From Octopus sinensis (taxonomy: Eukaryota): a DNA stretch of 44,338 nucleotides. Positions 38,045-44,338 of the stretch are shown here, in pieces. The translations under genes were made by a program, and so were the position numbers. The notes under the pieces are model-generated. The model was not told the DNA's origin. It made no database searches and saw only the letters and a program-made list of their open reading frames with translations. The stretch spans positions 1 through 44,338 of the forward strand of contig NW_021835158.1 in the NCBI RefSeq assembly GCF_006345805.1, given 5' to 3'. The stretch's first letter is position 1. The number at the start of each line of letters is the position of its first letter.

Positions 38045-38462
38045 ATCTTTTACTCTTTCTCTTTTACTTGTTTCAGCCATTTGACTGCGGCCATGCTGGA
38101 GCACCGCCTTTAGTCGAGCGAATCGACCCCGGGACTTATTCTTTGTAAGCCCAGTACTTATTCTATCGGTCTTTTTTGCCGAACCGCTAAGTAACGGGGA
38201 CGTAAACACACCAGCATCGGTTGTCAAGCAATGCTAGAGGGACAAACACAGACACACAAACATATACACACACATACATACACATATATACATATATACG
38301 ACAGGCTTCTTTCAGTTTCCGTCTACCAAATCCACTCACAAGGCATTGGTCGACCCGAGGCTATAGTAGAAGACACTTGCCCAAGATGCCACGCAGTGGG
38401 ACTGAACCCAGAACCATGTGGTTGGTAGGCAAGCTACTTACCACACAGCCACTCCTGCGCCT
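38045..38462 (-). mobile_element. SINE family A, full length
   Basis: Close reverse-complement match with an internal CA/TA tract. Confidence 0.95.
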
Positions 38463-38486
38463 ATGTATGTATGTAAAGTTAATCCA

Positions 38487-38594
38487 AACATGAAAACACA
38501 AAGAGAAAACACAACAACGCGAGGACGTGGAACAAGTATAGTGTTATTGGACACTCAGGAAAGGAAAGAAAGAAGGAGGATTTAACGTTTCGAG
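38487..38594 (-). mobile_element. PLE-type 3' tail beginning at half an HHR (CTCGAAACGTT)
   Basis: Minus strand CTCGAAACGTTAAATCC then a pyrimidine-rich tail into (CATA)n; the 5' half of the ribozyme is absent. Confidence 0.4.
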
Positions 38595-38683
38595 ACAACT
38601 GCCCAAGGTGCCACGCAGTGGGACTGAACCCAGAACCAAGTGATTGTTAAGCAAGCTACTTACCACACAGCCACTCCTACGCC
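38595..38683 (-). mobile_element. SINE family A 5' fragment
   Basis: Reverse complement of the family head. Confidence 0.85.
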
Positions 38684-38699
38684 TATAGACAAGAATTCG

Positions 38700-38882
38700 T
38701 CGCCTCTAGTATAGGAAAACTGGGACAAATCATTCACTGATGAGTGGAATAGCCACTCGGCTGAATAATATTCCGGTAAACGCAATTGAGGCTGTATTGA
38801 ATTAAAATGGCCATCCATATATCATATACCTACTACATATTCCCTGTCGATAGGCTGGGGCGAAATTTCATCTCCCCCTGAT
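38700..38882 (+). mobile_element. Possible Tc1/mariner 3' end
   Basis: TDEWN...KR(I)EAVL..NGHP across a frameshift resembles a Tc1 C-terminus; ends CATCTCCCCCTGATA. Confidence 0.3.
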
Positions 38883-39115
38883 ATCTATTGTGTGAGTGTG
38901 TGTGTTTTTTTTTACACAGCTCATCCATAAGAGATGTTATATCAGGAGAAATACCGCAGTAACTGACCTATTGACAAAGTGTATAGATAAAGTATGATAC
39001 ATGGATGACTGTTTTAATTTAATACTTCCTCAATTGCGTATACCGGATATATGTGTGTGTGCACGTGCGGGTGTGTGTTTGTGTGTATGTATGAATGTTT
39101 TAGCGTATATATAGA

Positions 39116-39175
<60 letters not shown>

Positions 39176-39815
39176 ATATATTATATATATATATACACAC
39201 ACACGCGCGCACATATATCTATATACATATACATTCACTCACACACACACACATATATATATATAGCCGTATCTAGGTCAGTGGCTCTCTCACACTGATA
39301 AACCCTAATTTCTTTCTCCCACCCTTCAAAAGCCCCCCAAAAAAGAAATATTACAGATGAAAATTTTTGAGGGGAGGGGACGGGGTTCATCGATGCCATC
39401 GACCACTGTACTAAGTATTACCATCATGACCCCGGGAAAAGTGAGAGCCAAAGTTAACCTAGACAGAATTTGACCTCAAAAACGGAAAGAGCTGAGTGAT
39501 GGAGTCGGTGGTGGTCGCAGTAGAGATTATTGTGGTGTCCTGTGGTGTTGGCGATGGTGGTGGTGGAGGTGGTGGTGATGGTGGTAGTGGTGGTGCTGAT
39601 GGTGATGGTGGTGGTGATGGTGACGGTGACGGTGGTGGTGGTGATGCTAGTGGTACTATTGGTGCTGGTGATTCTGCTGGTGTTGTTTTTGGTGTATTAG
39701 TGGCAATTTTGATGTTGGTTATAGTAGTTGTGATGGTGTTGGTCTGGTCAAAGATTTCTCTGTAGATTTCTATCGACATTATTATTTTTTTTGTTAATTA
39801 CTTTGTTAATTATTA

Positions 39816-40260
<445 letters not shown>

Positions 40261-40289
40261 TTGAAACTTATCCTTGTTGTTGTACACAT

Positions 40290-40860
40290 TGTAGTCATTG
40301 CCATACACACCACCACCACCATTACCACCACCACCGCCACCATCATCATTGTTATCATCATTAACATCTCCATCAGCATCATCGTTATCATTATTATCTC
40401 CGTCGTTGTCGCTATCATCTTCATCATCTTTATCATCACCAGCATCATCATCAGAACCACATTCCTAATCGTCATCATTGTCATCACCACCACCATCACC
40501 ACTACCATTACCACCATTTTCATCTTCCACCTCATCATCAATGCCACTAGTACCATTATCATTGACCTCCTCCTCCTCATTATCAGCATCATCACCTCCA
40601 CCATCGCCCTCATCCTCATCCTCCTTATCATCACCATCTCCATCATAGCCACTACTATCACCATTATCACCATCACCACCATCATCACTGTCACCACTAC
40701 CGTCACCACTACTACCACCTCCACCGCCAATATCACCATCATCATCATCATTATTGTTATGGTGATGGAGGTGGTGTAAATGTAAAAGCGGTGGCGAGGA
40801 GGCGGCGGAGAGGCGGGGAGGCGGCAGTGATGGGATGGTGGTGGTGGTGGTGGTGGTGTG
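40290..40860. repeat. Degenerate (CAT/CAC)n then (GGT)n low-complexity tract
   Basis: Direct reading. Confidence 0.9.
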
Positions 40861-42243
40861 TGTGCGTTTGTGTCGAAATCATTAAAATACAAAATTAAAC
40901 GTCACGTTATTTAAATTTAAAATTCCGCCCCATTTTACAAATTCTATTTCATTTCTGACAGTCTGTAAAGGAGATCGATAAAATATACTCCAGTCATTTA
41001 CTGGTATTGATTTAATAAACTGTGGATTTTCTGTTTAATATGTCTGTCCTTGTGCCAATGTAAGCAATCAATTATTTCATTTGTGTGTGTGTGCGCGCGC
41101 GCGTGCGTAAATGAGGTGTGTATGTACATGCGTGTGTGTGTGTGTGTGCTGCATCATTTTTCTAATTCTTCCTCCATAAAGGTCACCGGAAGAATGTCTA
41201 TGATTTGATGTTAATCCTCTTTATGGTTGGAATATTGAAGCGACCTCTAGTGGCTCTAACTGTTACTGATACAGTGGCAGACGACAGCCACACCGCTTCA
41301 AAATTAGATCATTTCATACCTCAACAGTTAACCAACAAAGCAATAAGCGATGAGATAACAATAGCCTAATTCCTTGAAACGTGTTACCGTGGGATTAATT
41401 TGGTGGTTTTGTCGGAATATTTGATATTCCGTCACGAAAACTTAATAATTAAATCAAGTTGAACGATCGTTCTTCAGAGAAGAAGTCATTAAAGTTGATC
41501 TCTCACGTGACCTATGAAATTTTCGCTTAGTCATCATCGCTGACTGTTGTTCTGTCGGCTATTAAAGAGCGGAACTTTAACGGTCTTCATATTCTTCAAA
41601 GAATTCGAAATTTATGAAGCATTTGTCTCGATTTATCAATGAAAGATTCTTAACATCTTCTTATAAATTGGCAACTTTAAGAAGGCTCTTTTAATTTCCA
41701 TATTATCTGTTTTTATTTAAGGTTATCTCCGCAATTAAAATGCGAAAATAAAGATGGACGAATAGCTGTGAATATAGATAGTTCGTATCATGGTAGTTAC
41801 AAGGTGTCGTTTCTTGTCAATAACACAGTCTACCTAGCCATAAGTAGATACCGCAATGTTGTATAGTTCACTGTAGTGTTTCCATGAGCAAGACATTTAA
41901 TTGTCAGCATTCCAGTCTACTTAGCTGTAAAAATAGTATCACAATGTGGTGTATCTCACTGCACGGTTGCCATAACCGTGACAAATGTCAACAGTCCAGG
42001 CCACCAAGCTGTGTGTAGGTACCACACTGTACAGTGTCCTGAACCAAGACGTTTAAATCTCAACTGCTCAGTCTACATATCTCTAAATAGGTACCCCTGT
42101 GCTTCAATATTTCGGATTTCCGCTTTATTTTCTATCTTTTGTTATTTTTTATTAAAAGTTACTTCTTGTGGCATTTATCTAAAACATGTTCCTTATTGCA
42201 AATTAGTTTTTCATATATACTACAGGTGAGCTGCAAGATGCAG

Positions 42244-42428
42244 GAGGAAAGAGTGAGAGAAAGTTGTGGCGAAAGAGTCAGCAGAAGTTTCGCCATTACC
42301 TTCTGCCGGAGCCGGGTGGAGCTTAGGTGCTTCGCTCATAAACACACACATCGTCCGGTCTAAGATTCGAACCCGCGATCCCTCGACCGCGAGTCCGCTG
42401 CTCTAACCACCAGGCCATGTGCCTCCAC
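42244..42428 (-). mobile_element. tRNA-derived SINE, family C
   Basis: Minus strand GGAGGCACATGGCCTGGTGGTTAGAGCAGCGGACTCGCGGTCGAGGGATCGCGGGTTCGAATC; homologous to 12732-12912. Confidence 0.85.
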
Positions 42429-42880
42429 AAAGAATCCAGGCTGCATGTTTGATAACTAGCAGAATCTCGGGGGTAGTATTTGTCCAAACTCGAGGTAGAC
42501 CGCAAAATTTCAGGCTAAGGATAGCTTGATTGCTTGAAGTTTACATTGTCGTTAGGAGATCCCGTGTTTAATTGCAGGGAATTCGATCGAAATGCAAGTA
42601 ACGAAGGCATTCTTGGCCTGGACAAGTAGCTTGCGGTCAAACCCCACGTTTGGATAATTACTACTTCCGAGATTCCACTAGTTAAGAAACATATGTGGTC
42701 TAGATTTTGTCTACTCCATTCCCTAATTTTTGTACACACACACACACACACACACACAAGCTACCGTCAGCAAAATCCAAAGCTTTAGTAATCTTAAGAT
42801 TAGGTTACACATCACCAGCCCAAATGGCAATGCAGTGGGATTGAACACGGGACTGGATTTGTTGCATTAACCCACAACTA

Positions 42881-43121
42881 TGAAGGCGGCGAGCTGGCAG
42901 AATCGTTATCACGCTGGACGAAATGCTTAGCGGTATTTCGTCTGCCGCTACGTTCTGAGTTCAAATTCCGCCGAGGTCGACTTTGCCTTTCATCCTTTCG
43001 GGGTTCGATTAAATAAGTACCAGTTACGCACTGGGGTCGATGTAATCGACTTAATCCGTTTGTCTGTCTTTGTTTGTCCTCTCTGTGTTTAGCCCCTTGT
43101 GGGTAGTAAAGAAATAGAAAC
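42881..43121 (+). mobile_element. SINE family B, full length
   Basis: GGCGGCGAGCTGGCAGAATCG head, GAGTTCAAATTCC B-box, central core, tail ending AGTAAAGAAATAG. Confidence 0.9.
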
Positions 43122-43290
43122 AGGTATTTCGTCTGTCGTTACGTTGTGAGTTCAAATTCCGCCGAGGTCGACTTTGCCTTTCATCCTTTCGGGGTTGGTA
43201 AATTAGGTACCAGTTGTGTACTGAGATCGATCTAATCGACTGGACGCCTCCCGAAAAATTTTGGGCCTTATACCTTGAGTAGAAAAGATT
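43122..43290 (+). mobile_element. SINE family B, 5' truncated tandem copy with a different tail
   Basis: Shares the body from GGTATTTCGTCTG to ATCGACT, then diverges (GGACGCCTCCCGAAAAATTTTGGGCC). Confidence 0.85.
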
Positions 43291-43345
43291 AATCAAACAA
43301 CTTTGGAATAATTCTAAGGTATTTACTGGAATCATTGGCGATACT

Positions 43346-43380
<35 letters not shown>

Positions 43381-43433
43381 TAGTAGTAGTAGTAGTAGTA
43401 GTTTAACGGACTACTACTACCACCACCACCACC

Positions 43434-43468
<35 letters not shown>

Positions 43469-43640
43469 CGCCACCACCACCACCACCCACCACCACCACC
43501 ACCACCACCACCACCACTATCGCTGCTGTTGCAGCTGCTACAGTTACCTCCTATCAGAACTACCAAATTTGCGGTGGAAGAGATGTTACGAAAATAGACA
43601 GTGAAGTAATGTTTGCAGTTGTTGTTGTAGGTTGTTGTTG

Positions 43641-43672
<32 letters not shown>

Positions 43673-44338
43673 GGTAGTGATGGTAGTGGTGGTGGTAACG
43701 GTGGCAATGATTGCGTTGGTTGTTGTTGGTGGTTGCGTAGTTGTTGTTCGTGGGTGGTGCTTTTGGTGGCAGTGGCGGCTGTAGCGCAATAGTTGTGGTG
43801 ATGGTGATGGTGGTTGTGGTGTGGTGGCGGTGTGGTGGTGGTGGTGGCGGTGGTGGTGGTGGTGGTGGTGGTGGTGGTGGTGGTGGTAGTGGTGGCAGTG
43901 ATGGTGGTTGGGATTGTGGTAGTGATAGCAGCGATGGTAGAGGAGTTACAGGTGGTGGTGATTGCTTTGGTAGTGATAGCTGTGATGGTGGTTTTGGTAG
44001 AGACGATAATGATGGTGGCGGTGATGCTGGTGGTGGTGGTGGTGGTGGTGGTGGTGGTGGTGGTGGTGGTAGTGGTGGTGGTTATTATGGTATTGTTGGT
44101 GGCGGCGGTGGTGGTGGTGGTGGTGGTGGTGGTGGTGGTGGTGGTGATGGTGGTGGTGGTGGTGGTGGTGGTGGTGGTGGCGGTGATGCTGGTGGTGGTG
44201 GTGGTGGTGGGATGGTGGTGTGGTGGTGGTGGTGGTGGTGGTGGTGGCGGCGGTGATGCTGGTGGTGGTGGTGGTGGTGGTGGTGGTGGTGGTGGTGATG
44301 CTGGTGATGCTGGTGGTGGTGGTTATGGTGATGTTGGT
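43346..44338. repeat. Compound trinucleotide tract (TAG/CTA/CCA/GTT/GGT)n
   Basis: Direct reading; runs to the window end. Confidence 0.95.

Noticed and set aside
38737-38765. CTGATGA-GTGG-AATAG-CCAC hammerhead start
   Set aside because: No GAAA follows the hairpin; it is better explained as part of a Tc1-like remnant.
39496-39765. Gly/Asp-rich ORF
   Set aside because: It is a degenerate (GGT)n tract with no splice or codon evidence.

Overview
Repeat-saturated eukaryotic DNA, most consistent with an octopus (coleoid cephalopod) intron or intergenic region. This is inferred from the SINE families and the extreme microsatellite load, and no database was consulted. No host gene can be identified; only a few weak candidate exons are present, and almost all ORFs in the track are microsatellite artefacts. 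Mobile content: (1) a ~5.3 kb, near full-length but frameshifted L1/Tx1-clade LINE embedded in a (TATC)n array; (2) degenerate Penelope-like elements (PLEs) with GIY-YIG remnants; (3) three tRNA-derived SINE families; (4) mariner/Tc1 remnants; (5) a 428-bp MITE with perfect 30-bp TIRs, an 8-bp TSD and internal (CCCTAA)n; (6) a small Helitron-like element. The main signal not named by the ORF track is about ten type-I hammerhead ribozyme (HHR) motifs. They include a retrozyme-like unit at 34943-35868 (two ~326-bp direct repeats, each with an HHR, spaced exactly 600 nt apart, the 3' one with an intact core and a very long stem II) and two fold-back units with HHR motifs on both strands (3414-3602 and 36046-36435). 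Degenerate-repeat boundaries are approximate.
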